Below are positions 20,900-32,374 of a stretch of 64,000 nt of DNA, piece by piece. Both the position numbers and the translations under genes were made by a program. The notes beneath the pieces are model-generated. The model was not told where the DNA came from. It ran no database searches and saw only the letters and a list, made by a program, of their open reading frames with translations. The DNA lies in NCBI GenBank assembly GCA_031459915.1, contig JAVKHO010000001.1:25492-89491 (forward strand). Reading direction: 5' to 3'. The first letter of the stretch is position 1; every line of letters starts with the position of its first letter. Source of the stretch: Candidatus Tepidifontimicrobium thermophilum (GTDB lineage: Bacteria; Sysuimicrobiota; Sysuimicrobiia; Sysuimicrobiales; Sysuimicrobiaceae).

Positions 20900-22011
20900 T
20901 GCACCACCAGCTCGCCCTGCAGGGCACCCGCGGCCTTGAGGGCCTGCAGGATCGCCACCAGGTCTCTGGGGCCCACGCCCAGGGCGTTCAGGGCCCGCGC
21001 CAGGTCCTGCACCGAGTTGGTCCCGGGGATCGGGACCAGAGCGCCGGGCTCCGGTGTGACGGTGACCTGAGTGCGCGGGACCACCTGGGTCTGGCCCGGC
21101 GAAAACGGAGGGGGTTGGGAGACCTGCGGCTCGCTACGGACCTCGATGCGCAGGTTGCCGTGGGCGATGACCACAGGCAAGATCCGGACCGCCCCGCCGA
21201 TGACCACGGTCCCGGTCCGCTCGTTCACCACCACGCGGGCGGGTGCGTCGGGGCGGAGGGTCACCGCCTCCACGCGGGCCACGAACGCCGCGAGGCCCCC
21301 CGGGTAGTCGGGAGGTACAGCGACGTCCACGCGCGCGGCGTCCACCGCGGTGGCCGGGGAGCCGCCCAGCGCACGGTTGACCGCCTCGGCCACGCGGGTG
21401 GCGGTGGAGTAGTCCGGTTGCAGCAGCACCAGGCTCACCACCGACGCCTCGCCCGCAGGGGTGGGGACGCCGCGTTCCACAATGGCCCCGCCGGGGATCC
21501 GGCCCACGGTCAGGTGGTTGATCTGCGCCTTGCTGCCGCCGGCCTGCTCTCCCGCGCCCCCCACCACCACGGGCCCCTGAGCGACCGCGTACACCTTGCC
21601 GTCCGCCGCCTGGAGGGGTGTCTGCAGCAGCACGCCCCCCACGAGGCTGCGGGCGTCGCCCAGGGAGGAGAGGGTCACGTCCAGCCGGTCGCCTTCTCGG
21701 GCGAAGGTGCCCAGCTCCGCGGTGGCCATGACCGCGGCCACGTTGCGCACCCGAAGCCTGCTGGCCGGGACCGTGACGCCGAGCCGCGCCAGCATGTTCG
21801 CCACGGACTGCACGGTGAAGAACGCGCCGGAACTGTCCCCCGTGCCCGCCAGCCCCACTACCAGCCCGTAGCCGAACAGCTGGTTGGCGCGCACGCCGGA
21901 GATCCGCGCGATGTCCTTCACCCGTACCTCGGGCACCTGCGCGCCGCCCGGAAGGGCCACCGCGGCCACCACCACCGCCAGTCCCAGCCACCTCGCCCAG
22001 GGCCTCACCAC
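20896..22011 (-). CDS. flgI: flagellar P-ring protein FlgI
   Basis: 371 aa with a signal peptide. The full-length FlgI pattern is conserved throughout. GTG start with a GAGGAGGTGG RBS. Confidence 0.95.
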   Translation of the reverse strand: MVRPWARWLGLAVVVAAVALPGGAQVPEVRVKDIARISGVRANQLFGYGLVVGLAGTGDSSGAFFTVQSVANMLARLGVTVPASRLRVRNVAAVMATAELGTFAREGDRLDVTLSSLGDARSLVGGVLLQTPLQAADGKVYAVAQGPVVVGGAGEQAGGSKAQINHLTVGRIPGGAIVERGVPTPAGEASVVSLVLLQPDYSTATRVAEAVNRALGGSPATAVDAARVDVAVPPDYPGGLAAFVARVEAVTLRPDAPARVVVNERTGTVVIGGAVRILPVVIAHGNLRIEVRSEPQVSQPPPFSPGQTQVVPRTQVTVTPEPGALVPIPGTNSVQDLARALNALGVGPRDLVAILQALKAAGALQGELVVQ

Positions 22012-22020
22012 ACCACCTCC

Positions 22021-22617
22021 TCACTCCAACCAGGAGAACAGAAAGCGCAGGAGGGCGCCGAAGCCGTCCAGCACCCACTGCAGGGGGTTGTTACCTGTGA
22101 ACGGGCGACGCGGCCCCTCCAGCACGATGCGCACGTCCGCCAGCCGGTCAGAGCTCACCGTGTTGTCCGCCTGCACGTCCAGCCGGCGCACCAGGCCGCT
22201 CACCCGCAGCCGGTACGGCTCGTCCCGGAGCAGCAGCGTCCGATCCCCCTCCAGCCTCAGGACGCCGTTCGGGAGCACCTCCGCAACCCGCAGGGTGACC
22301 CGGGCCTGAACCAGGACGGTGCTGCCCACCGCGCGGCTGGAGCTGGCGTCCTGCCCGGACTCAAACCCTGCGCCCGGGAGCAGGCTCAGAAAGCCGCTCC
22401 CGCCGCCCAGGTCCAGCTGGACCGACCGCGCCTGACTGGTCCGGCTCTGCGTCTGGGCGGCGACAGCCTCGTTCACCACCACCGTGACCAGGTCGCCCAC
22501 CTCGGAGGCCTTGTGGTCCGTAAACAGGGAACGGCCGTCCTGCGGCCACAGGGACTGCGCTGCGCCGGGCGAGCCCACCAGGATCGCCACCGCCAGACTT
22601 GCCAGCCACCTCCACAC
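22021..22617 (-). CDS. flgH: flagellar L-ring protein FlgH, with no lipobox Cys
   Basis: The real start is the GTG at 22615-22617 (VWRWLASLAVAILVG... signal peptide, RBS GGAGG). The FlgH core (...LRDEPYRLRVSG...) is conserved. The mature N-terminus has no cysteine. Confidence 0.9.
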   Translation of the reverse strand: MWRWLASLAVAILVGSPGAAQSLWPQDGRSLFTDHKASEVGDLVTVVVNEAVAAQTQSRTSQARSVQLDLGGGSGFLSLLPGAGFESGQDASSSRAVGSTVLVQARVTLRVAEVLPNGVLRLEGDRTLLLRDEPYRLRVSGLVRRLDVQADNTVSSDRLADVRIVLEGPRRPFTGNNPLQWVLDGFGALLRFLFSWLE

Positions 22618-22630
22618 GGCCCGGCCTCCG

Positions 22631-23137
22631 TCAGAAAACCACCGCCACCAGCCCGGGCTGCACCACCCGGGCCAGCACCTCCTTCCGGGTCGCAAGCACC
22701 CGGACCCGCACCACGTCGCCCGCGTCGCCGGCTTCCAGCGCCACGCCGCCCGCGCTCACCCGCACCGCGCCCACCGCGGCCACCACCCGCACCGAGGCTC
22801 CACGGCGGACCGCGGCGCTGCCCTCTTCCCGCCGCACCACAACCTCCCGCGCCCCCGTGACGGTCACCGCCCCGGGGTCGAACCCGGCTTCCCTCAGGGC
22901 CACCCGGACGTCTTCCGAGGTGATCCGTACGACCCCGCCCGGACGGAGGCCCTCCGCCACCACCACCGCCTGCAGGGCTCGCACCGCGCGGTCCGGGCCT
23001 GACACCGAAGCCACCTGCCCGAGGGTCACCTCCGCGGCCTCCACCCGCGCCGCGGACCGCAGCCGGACCACCGCGCCGCCCGCGGACGCGGCTGCTGCAA
23101 CGACCGCCACCAGCACGAGCGCCATGAGGGCTCGCAC
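22631..23137 (-). CDS. flgA: flagellar P-ring assembly chaperone FlgA
   Basis: 168 aa with a signal peptide and a SAF-type FlgA C-terminal domain. GTG start 2 nt after the flgG stop. Confidence 0.75.
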   Translation of the reverse strand: MRALMALVLVAVVAAAASAGGAVVRLRSAARVEAAEVTLGQVASVSGPDRAVRALQAVVVAEGLRPGGVVRITSEDVRVALREAGFDPGAVTVTGAREVVVRREEGSAAVRRGASVRVVAAVGAVRVSAGGVALEAGDAGDVVRVRVLATRKEVLARVVQPGLVAVVF

Positions 23138-23139
23138 GG

Positions 23140-23928
23140 CTACCTCCGCATGTTGTTGGCCTGGGCCATCATCTCGTCCGCGGTGCTCACCACTTTGCTC
23201 ACCGCCTCGTAGGCCCGCTGGGCCGCGATCATGCGCACCATCTCCTCCACCACCTGCACATTGGAGGACTCCAGGAAACCCTGGGCCAGGGTCCCCATCC
23301 CCTCGGAGCCCGGCTGCCCGGTGACCGCCTCGCCCGACGCGGGTGTGGGGACGAACAGGTTGCGGCCGATGGCCTCCAGGCCTGCGGGGTTAGTGAACCG
23401 GGCCAGCTCGATGCGGCCCAGCTCAGTCGGCGCGGACTCGCCGGGCAGGACCGCGGACACGATCCCGTTGGCGCTCACGGTGATCTTCGAAGCGCCCGGC
23501 GGGATGGTGACGTTGGGCTCCAGGAGGAGTCCGTCGCTGGTCACCAGCCGGCCTTCGGCGTCCAGCTTGAAGGTCCCGTCCCGGGTGTACGCCACGGTCC
23601 CGTCCGGCAGCCGCACCTGGAAGAACCCGTCTCCCTCAATCGCCAGGTCCAGGGGGTTCCCCGTGTATTGGAAGTCCCCCTGGCTGAACAGCCGCTGCAC
23701 GGCCGCCACACGGGTCCCCAGCCCCACCTGGCCCGAGGTGGGTACTACGCCCGCGTTGTCCGAGGGCGCGCCCGCGGCGCGGAACCCCAGGGACATCAGG
23801 TCCTGGAACTCCGCCCGGGCCTTCTTGAACCCGGTGGTGTTCACGTTGGCCAGGTTGTGTGCGATGACGTCGATCTCCGTCTGCTTGGCCACCATCCCGG
23901 TGGCTGCGGTCCAAAGAGCCCGAATCAC
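23140..23928 (-). CDS. flgG: flagellar distal rod protein FlgG
   Basis: 262 aa. The N-terminus MIRALWTAATGMVAKQTEIDVIAHNLANVNTTGFK and the C-terminal motif are canonical. Confidence 0.95.
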   Translation of the reverse strand: MIRALWTAATGMVAKQTEIDVIAHNLANVNTTGFKKARAEFQDLMSLGFRAAGAPSDNAGVVPTSGQVGLGTRVAAVQRLFSQGDFQYTGNPLDLAIEGDGFFQVRLPDGTVAYTRDGTFKLDAEGRLVTSDGLLLEPNVTIPPGASKITVSANGIVSAVLPGESAPTELGRIELARFTNPAGLEAIGRNLFVPTPASGEAVTGQPGSEGMGTLAQGFLESSNVQVVEEMVRMIAAQRAYEAVSKVVSTADEMMAQANNMRR

Positions 23929-23940
23929 CTGTGCACCTCC

Positions 23941-24654
23941 CTACGCGCGCGCCACATCCGCGAGGCGCGCCGCGGTCTCGTCCGCCACCTGCACGCAGCG
24001 CGCCGCGGCCTCGTACGCCCGCAGGCCCGCGACGAGCTGCACCAGCTCCTCCACGGGGTTCACCGAGCCGCGCTGCTGGAAGCCCGGCCGCACCCGTGCC
24101 CGAACTTCCCTCAGCTCGCTTTCCGGCGCCGCGTAAACGCCTGGCCCGACCACGGAAACCGCCTGTACCGGCACGTCCACCACCCGCAGCCGGCCTGCCA
24201 CCTGTCCCTTGATTTCGACCGCGCCGTCCGGCCGGACCCGGAACTCCTGCCCGCCTACCCGGATCGGACCCTCAGCGCCCTGCACCCGTACTCCCCGGAG
24301 GGTGAGGTAGCCCTGGGCGTCCACCTCCAGCCGGCCGGAACTGGCCAGGCGCCCCCCTTCCAGCAACACGAAGCCGCGGCCGTCCACAGCCAGGTCGCGT
24401 GGATCCCCGGTGGGGACCAGAGCTCCCGAGCGCACGTCCACCGCGGCCTGAGCGGGGCCCGGCCCTGAAGCCAGCGAGCCCAGCGGTGCGGCGTTGTCCC
24501 GCCGGAACACCGCCTGGGGCTCGCCCGGCCGCACCGCCACCAGCAGCCTGTGGAAACCGTCGGTTTCGGAGTTGGCCAGGTTGTGCGCCACCAGTTCCGC
24601 CCGCAGCTGCTCCGCAGACATGGCGGAAGCTGCGGCCCGCAAGGCCCGGAGCAT
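23941..24654 (-). CDS. flgF: flagellar proximal rod protein FlgF
   Basis: 237 aa from the ATG at 24652-24654 (MLRALRAAASAM..., RBS GGGAGG). It belongs to the rod protein family. Confidence 0.85.
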   Translation of the reverse strand: MLRALRAAASAMSAEQLRAELVAHNLANSETDGFHRLLVAVRPGEPQAVFRRDNAAPLGSLASGPGPAQAAVDVRSGALVPTGDPRDLAVDGRGFVLLEGGRLASSGRLEVDAQGYLTLRGVRVQGAEGPIRVGGQEFRVRPDGAVEIKGQVAGRLRVVDVPVQAVSVVGPGVYAAPESELREVRARVRPGFQQRGSVNPVEELVQLVAGLRAYEAAARCVQVADETAARLADVARA

Positions 24655-24693
24655 GCTGACCTCCCGCGTTCCGACTTTCCCAGCCGGAGGTAC

Positions 24694-24709
24694 TTGCACA
24701 GACGGTGCC
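24694..24709 (-). promoter_or_regulatory. sigma54 promoter upstream of flgF: minus-strand GGCACCGTCTGTGCAA
   Basis: Revcomp of 24694-24709. It is nearly identical to the flgB element, GGCACCG-N4-GTGCAA. The TSS would fall about 30 nt before the flgF ATG. Confidence 0.6.
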
Positions 24710-24800
24710 GCAGTCCCGCCCAGTCGGGCGGGCGGCCGACCGCCAAAATCGGTCGCCCACCCGATGGCGCCTGGACTTCACACGCAGGTTAGGATGTCAG

Positions 24801-24817
24801 CGGACCCGTCGGGTCCG
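24801..24817. promoter_or_regulatory. 17-bp palindrome CGGACCCG-T-CGGGTCCG in the flgF/cupredoxin divergent region
   Basis: Seen directly. It lies about 95 bp upstream of the flgF sigma54 -24 element. Nearby are a second hairpin (CGACCG-ccaaaat-CGGTCG at 24737-24755), a CACGCGTG palindrome, and a GTCGG(G)AAA direct repeat. Confidence 0.3.
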
Positions 24818-24916
24818 AAAAGCCCGGCGCTCACGGAGGGGTGGGCGGCCGGGCATTTTTTCACGCGTGTAAGAAACGTCGGGAAAGTCGGAAAAACCTA
24901 CCGGGAGGTGAGCGGG

Positions 24917-25270
24917 ATGAAGAGGTGGACGAGCCTGGCCCTGACCGTGCTGGCGGTGGCTGTGGCGGTGGGTGTGGGACTCGCGGGAGCCGCGCCCGCG
25001 GTGGTCAAGGTGACCGCCAAGGAGTTCGCCTTCGAGCCCAAGGAGGTCAAGGTGAAAGCCGGTCAGCCCGTGAAGCTGGTTCTGGAAAACAAGGGCGTCA
25101 TCGAGCACGACATCGTGTTCGACAAGCTCGGCGTGAAGACCGCCACGATCCAGCCCGGCAAGACCGCGGAGCTGACCTTCACGCCCAAGGCCAAGGGGCG
25201 GTACGGGATCTACTGCAGCGTGCCCGGGCACAAGGAGGCAGGTATGACCGGGACCCTGGTGGTGGAGTGA
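24917..25270 (+). CDS. secreted cupredoxin (type-1 blue copper protein, plastocyanin/amicyanin-like)
   Basis: 117 aa from ATG 24917 (RBS GGGAGGTG). It has a signal peptide and the Cu ligands H...CSVPGHKEAGM (Cys-x2-His-x4-Met). The upstream extension in the ORF call is spurious. Confidence 0.8.
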   Translation: MKRWTSLALTVLAVAVAVGVGLAGAAPAVVKVTAKEFAFEPKEVKVKAGQPVKLVLENKGVIEHDIVFDKLGVKTATIQPGKTAELTFTPKAKGRYGIYCSVPGHKEAGMTGTLVVE

Positions 25271-25285
25271 AAGGGGGTGAGGTCC

Positions 25286-26605
25286 ATGCGGCGGCTGGCG
25301 CTTCTGGCTCTGGTGGGGGTGGTGGCGGCCGGGGTTCTGTTCGTGGGGCCTCCGGCCGCCGCGCAGACCAAGAAGTTCGAGCTGGTGGCCACCCGCAAGA
25401 CCCTCGTCGTGGACGAGGGGGTGGTGTGGCGCGCGTTCACGTTTAACGGCCGGGTACCGGGGCCGCTCCTGGTGGTGGAGGAGGGCGACGAGGTGGAGAT
25501 CACGGTACGGAACGTGGACACCATCACGCACGGGCTCTCCATCCACGCCGCCAACACGCAGACGTCGCTGGTGGTGGGCAACATCCCCGCGGGGCAGAGC
25601 CGCACCCTGCGTTTCCGCGCCGACTTCCCGGGTGTGTACATGTACCACTGCGCGCCGGGAGGCCACGGGATCCTGGCTCACACCATGGGCGGGATGTTCG
25701 GCATGGTGGTGGTGGAGCCCAAGCGTACCAAGTACCGGTTGGAGGAGGAGCTGGGCCGGGCTCCGGACCTGCGGGTCTACGTGGTGCAGCACGAGGTCTA
25801 CGCGAGCGGTAAGGACTTCTCGGACGGCCGGGCCCTGTACGTGATGTTCAACGGGTACAACTTCCGGTACGTGAACCAGCCCATCCCCGCGCGTCCCGGG
25901 GACTACGTGCGCTTCTACTACTTGAACGTGGGGCCGAACCTCGTGGGCAGCTTCCACGCGGTGGGGGCGGTCTGGGAGTACGCGTACGCGGGCGGCAATC
26001 CCAGTAACGTCACCCGCGGCCTGCAGACCACCATCGCAGCACCCACGGACTCCTGGGTCATCGAGTGGCGCGTTCCCGCGGAGGGGCCGTTCCTGCTGGT
26101 CACCCACGCGTTCGGCACCCAGGCCATGAAGGGCGCGGTGGGCGTGCTCAGTGCCAACAAGGACGCGCCCAGGGTGGGCGCGGTGCGTCCCGAGGGTCCG
26201 AACCTGCCGCTGCCGGCCAGGCCCAAACGGGTGGTCGATCCCTTCGGGGTGGGCTCCTCGGACCTGGACGTGCCCGTGCGCACGCGGCCAGGTGATGCGG
26301 TGTTCGTCCGCATGGTGGGCAACAGCTACTGGCCCAAGGTCCTGGAGGTTCCGCTGGGCACGCGGGTCACGTGGGTGAACGAGGACGTGTTCGACCTGCT
26401 GGAGGGCGAGCGCACAGGCATGCACAACGTGACGGCTCTGCGGGGCCCTACCCGGCTGGCCTCGCCGCTCCTGAAGCACGCGGACCGGTTCACCTTCCAG
26501 GCCAGCCGGACAGGCGAGTACGAGTACATCTGCGCCATCCACCCGTACATGCGGGCCCGGCTGCGGGTGTACCGTCCGGGCGCGCAGGAGCTGGCGCGTC
26601 CCTGA
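25286..26605 (+). CDS. NirK-family two-domain cupredoxin protein (copper nitrite reductase-like) with a C-terminal fused cupredoxin domain
   Basis: Signal peptide. The T1/T2 copper motifs are THGLSIHAA (His-x4-His) and YHCAPGGHGILAHTMGGM (His-Cys...His...Met). Second-domain His residues are present (FHAVGAVWEY, LLVTHAFG). The C-terminal ~100 aa carries a further T1 site, YICAIHPYM. The residue at the position of the NirK catalytic Asp98 is Ser. Confidence 0.75.
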   Translation: MRRLALLALVGVVAAGVLFVGPPAAAQTKKFELVATRKTLVVDEGVVWRAFTFNGRVPGPLLVVEEGDEVEITVRNVDTITHGLSIHAANTQTSLVVGNIPAGQSRTLRFRADFPGVYMYHCAPGGHGILAHTMGGMFGMVVVEPKRTKYRLEEELGRAPDLRVYVVQHEVYASGKDFSDGRALYVMFNGYNFRYVNQPIPARPGDYVRFYYLNVGPNLVGSFHAVGAVWEYAYAGGNPSNVTRGLQTTIAAPTDSWVIEWRVPAEGPFLLVTHAFGTQAMKGAVGVLSANKDAPRVGAVRPEGPNLPLPARPKRVVDPFGVGSSDLDVPVRTRPGDAVFVRMVGNSYWPKVLEVPLGTRVTWVNEDVFDLLEGERTGMHNVTALRGPTRLASPLLKHADRFTFQASRTGEYEYICAIHPYMRARLRVYRPGAQELARP

Positions 26606-26622
26606 CCCGCCCGGAGGGAGTG

Positions 26623-26657
26623 GCGGGGAGGGCGGTCCGCCCTCCCCGCTTTTCTCT
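26623..26657 (+). terminator. rho-independent terminator: 13-bp perfect stem GCGGGGAGGGCGG-t-CCGCCCTCCCCGC followed by TTTTCTCT
   Basis: Seen directly. It lies between the convergent NirK-like and aconitase genes. Confidence 0.6.
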
Positions 26658-26661
26658 GCGG

Positions 26662-29415
<2,754 letters not shown>

Positions 29416-29518
29416 GGGGCATCACCTCACGCCAAGTGTGGACCGCCGAGCGCGTTCCCGGTCTATTGTACGCGGCGCCGGGCAGCCGGGCACGGCGCAG
29501 CCGAGGGAGCCAGGAGCG

Positions 29519-29594
29519 TGGCGCGCCCGGAGGGAATCGAACCCCCGACCAGAGGCTTAGGAGTCCCCTGCTCTATCCACTGAGCTACGGGCGC
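29519..29594 (-). tRNA. tRNA-Arg (anticodon CCU), CCA encoded
   Basis: Hand-folded cloverleaf: acceptor GCGCCCG/CGGGCGC, D-arm GCTC-AGTGGATA-GAGC, anticodon loop CU-CCU-AA, T-arm GGGGG-TTCGATT-CCCTC, discriminator G. Confidence 0.85.
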
Positions 29595-29640
29595 GTCCGG
29601 CAGGATTTTACCACCGCCGCAAAGGCGACCTCGCACCGCC

Positions 29641-30840
29641 CTACGAACCCGGCTCCGCCGCCGCAGGGCTCCACGTCTGTCGCGCCCTGGCCGCGCCCCG
29701 GACGATCAGCCACGCAGGGACCGCCACGCTGGCCAAAAGTACCGCCGCAACCCCCGCCAGCCCCAGGCGGCCAGCCAGCACGCTGCCGAGGACCGGGTAG
29801 CCCAGTACCGCACCCCGGGCCACGAACTCCGCCACTCCAAACCTCCGGCCCCGGTCCGCCACCGACGACAGGTCCGACAGCAGCGCGGTGGACGCCACCA
29901 CCCCCGCGGACCAACCCACGCCGACGAGGAACAGGAAGGCGGTGGCGCTCCAGAAGGCGGGAAAGGCTACGGAACCATACGCGGAGAGCCCTGAAGCCAC
30001 CAGCGACCCGAACATTACGGGCACGCGCCCCACCCGGTCCGCCAGCGAGCCCAGGGGGACGGAGAACGCGAACATCCCGATGCTGTGGACCGCGATGGCC
30101 CAGACGATGTCTGAGACCCCGTGGCCGTGTGCCCGCATGGCCACCGGTGCCACCGCCATGGACAGGGTCATCACGCCCCAGTTGGCCGCGTACGTGGCTA
30201 TCGCGGCAGGAAGCAGCGAGAGGCTTGCGGATTCGGCCTTTCCGGCACGGCTGTCCGCCTCGGCCCGCACGAGCCTCCCCAGCTCCATGGGGTCCGGCCG
30301 CAGCGCCCGCATCAGCGGCACGATCGCCGCCTGCAGCAGGGCCGCCACCACCCACGTCCACGTGATGGCCGCCACGTCACCGCCGGACAGTCGGGCGCTC
30401 ACCGAGGACACCACCGGCGAGATCAGAGCTCCCAGGGCGCTGGCGAAGAACAGGAGCCCCACCGCGCGGCCCCGCTGTTCCGGGGGGTGCATGTCCGCAG
30501 CGGCCACGGACAGCTGCCTCAGGGGAGCCGCCACCGCGCTGAGGAACAGGATCGCCGCGGCCACGCCCCAGGTGACGTGCAGGCGGAAGGCCCACGCCAC
30601 CAGGGCCGCCGCCACGGCCGCCAGGGCCGCGCTGCCGGCGAACACCGGCCCGCGGCCCAGTCGGTCCATCAGCCGGCCTCCAGGGTAGGCCGTGAGGAGC
30701 TGGCCCAGGCCGCTCAGGCTCAACGCCAGGCCCGTGAGCGCCACGTCGCCCGTCAGGTGGAGGAACATCACCCCGCCGAGGGCCGGGACCAGCTGGAAGG
30801 TGGCGGTGGAAAGCGCCTGCGAGGCGGCCAGCAGGCGCAT
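29641..30840 (-). CDS. MFS transporter
   Basis: 399 aa from ATG 30838-30840, with 12 predicted TM helices and an MFS-like charged loop. The N-terminal extension in the ORF call was rejected. Confidence 0.8.
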   Translation of the reverse strand: MRLLAASQALSTATFQLVPALGGVMFLHLTGDVALTGLALSLSGLGQLLTAYPGGRLMDRLGRGPVFAGSAALAAVAAALVAWAFRLHVTWGVAAAILFLSAVAAPLRQLSVAAADMHPPEQRGRAVGLLFFASALGALISPVVSSVSARLSGGDVAAITWTWVVAALLQAAIVPLMRALRPDPMELGRLVRAEADSRAGKAESASLSLLPAAIATYAANWGVMTLSMAVAPVAMRAHGHGVSDIVWAIAVHSIGMFAFSVPLGSLADRVGRVPVMFGSLVASGLSAYGSVAFPAFWSATAFLFLVGVGWSAGVVASTALLSDLSSVADRGRRFGVAEFVARGAVLGYPVLGSVLAGRLGLAGVAAVLLASVAVPAWLIVRGAARARQTWSPAAAEPGS

Positions 30841-30948
30841 GTGCCGCCGGACGGTGGGCCCGAGGTGGGGTGCGACCGAGGCCGTCAACACGACCAGTCT
30901 AACACGGGCTGCGTAGGGGACCGGCCTGGCCTGGCGAATGTTCTTCCC

Positions 30949-31674
30949 GTGCCCTCCGTGGTGGTCTCGCTGCACGACTGCGCACCGCCCCACCTGGACG
31001 GGTTACGAGCCCTCCTCCGCGCCCTGGACGGGATCGGCGCATTCCCCCGGGTGCTGAAGGTCGTCCCGAACTACGCGGGCAGCAGGCCTTTGCGGGCAAG
31101 CCCAGAACTCGTGCAGCTCCTGCATGTCGAGGTGGCCGCGGGCTCCGAGCTGGTGCTCCACGGCTACACGCACCGCACCGCGGGCCCGCTTTCCGGCGGC
31201 CTGGCTGCCCGCGTGCGCGCCCGCTGGTTCGCGCCTCAGGACGCGGAGTTCCTGAGCCTCTCCCCGGAGGAGGCGGACAGCCGGCTGCGGGCGGGCCTGG
31301 AAGAGCTCGCGGCCTGCGGCCTGAAGGCGGCCGGCTTCTGCGCGCCCGCCTGGCTCGCACCGCCGTGCACCGCGGACCTCCTGCGCCGCCTGGGCTTCCG
31401 GTACCACGTCACCATGGGCTCCGTGCACGACCTCGCCACAGGCCGGCGCGTGCCCACGCCGTGGTTCGGCGCGGTGGGTGCCGGAGGGGTGCACGAGCTG
31501 CTGGTCCACTTGGGTGGGTTTGCAGGCGCCTGGCTGAGCCGGACCGGCTACCCGGTGGTGAAGGCCTTCTTCCACCCTCAGCGGCCGGAGACCTGGGGTC
31601 CTCAGCTGGCCCGCCTGCGCCGCGCGCTGCGGGGCCGGCGGTGCGTCACCTACGGCCGGTTGCTGGATGCGTGA
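30949..31674 (+). CDS. DUF2334-type polysaccharide deacetylase-like protein
   Basis: The motifs VVVSLHDCAPPHLDGL and LHGYTH are typical of the DUF2334 family. The start is uncertain: GTG 30949, 30958 or 30961, none with a clear RBS. Its stop overlaps the next gene's start (ATGCGTGA). Confidence 0.55.
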   Translation: MPSVVVSLHDCAPPHLDGLRALLRALDGIGAFPRVLKVVPNYAGSRPLRASPELVQLLHVEVAAGSELVLHGYTHRTAGPLSGGLAARVRARWFAPQDAEFLSLSPEEADSRLRAGLEELAACGLKAAGFCAPAWLAPPCTADLLRRLGFRYHVTMGSVHDLATGRRVPTPWFGAVGAGGVHELLVHLGGFAGAWLSRTGYPVVKAFFHPQRPETWGPQLARLRRALRGRRCVTYGRLLDA

Positions 31675-32368
31675 ACCCGTGGTCTCCTTCGTGATCCCGG
31701 CCCGTGACGAAGCGCCCTACGTGGCCCGTGCCCTGGCCTCCGTGGCTGCCCAGGACTGGCCCGCGGCGGAGCTGGAGGCCGTGGTGGTGGACAACGGTTC
31801 CCGGGACGGCACGGCCCGGGTGGTGGAGGCGTTCGCGGCCCGGCACCCGGAGCTGGCGGTGCGGCTGGTCACGGAACCCGTGCGGGGGCGCGGCCGGGCC
31901 AAGAACGCCGGGGTCCGGGCGGCCCGGGGCTTGTGGCTGGTGTTCCTGGACGCGGACTCCGTTGCAAGCCCCGGCCTCGTCCACGCGGTGCTCCGCCGCG
32001 CGGAGGCAGGCTTCCCCGCGGGCAGCATCCGGGTGGTGGCGGACTCCCAGGACCCGCTGGACCGGGGCTTCTTCGCCCTTCTGGAGTTCGGCAAGCAGCG
32101 TTTCGGCATCCGCGCCCAGATGTTCTACTGTCGCCGGGACCTCTTCGAGCGGCTCGGAGGCTTCCGTGAGGACCTGGAGATCGCGGAAGACCTGGAGTTC
32201 CTGCGTCGGGTGCAGGCCGCGGGCGTATCGACCTGCCACGTGACCGAAGCGCACATCGCCACCTCGTGCCGCCGGCTGCGGGCCCTGCCGCTGCGCCTGG
32301 GCATGTTGCACACCTTCTGCCGGTGGGCCCTGGCCCACGTGGGGATCGGCCGCCGGTGGCCCTACTGA
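31667..32368 (+). CDS. family 2 glycosyltransferase
   Basis: 233 aa with the GT-A fold motifs VSFVIPARDE, VVDNGSRDGT and LDADS. Confidence 0.8.
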   Translation: MREPVVSFVIPARDEAPYVARALASVAAQDWPAAELEAVVVDNGSRDGTARVVEAFAARHPELAVRLVTEPVRGRGRAKNAGVRAARGLWLVFLDADSVASPGLVHAVLRRAEAGFPAGSIRVVADSQDPLDRGFFALLEFGKQRFGIRAQMFYCRRDLFERLGGFREDLEIAEDLEFLRRVQAAGVSTCHVTEAHIATSCRRLRALPLRLGMLHTFCRWALAHVGIGRRWPY

Positions 32369-32374
32369 GGTGCC

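Noticed and set aside
25286-26605. Calling the NirK-like gene a bona fide nitrite reductase (nirK)
   Set aside because: The residue aligned with the essential Asp98 is Ser. I call it a NirK-family copper protein of uncertain activity.
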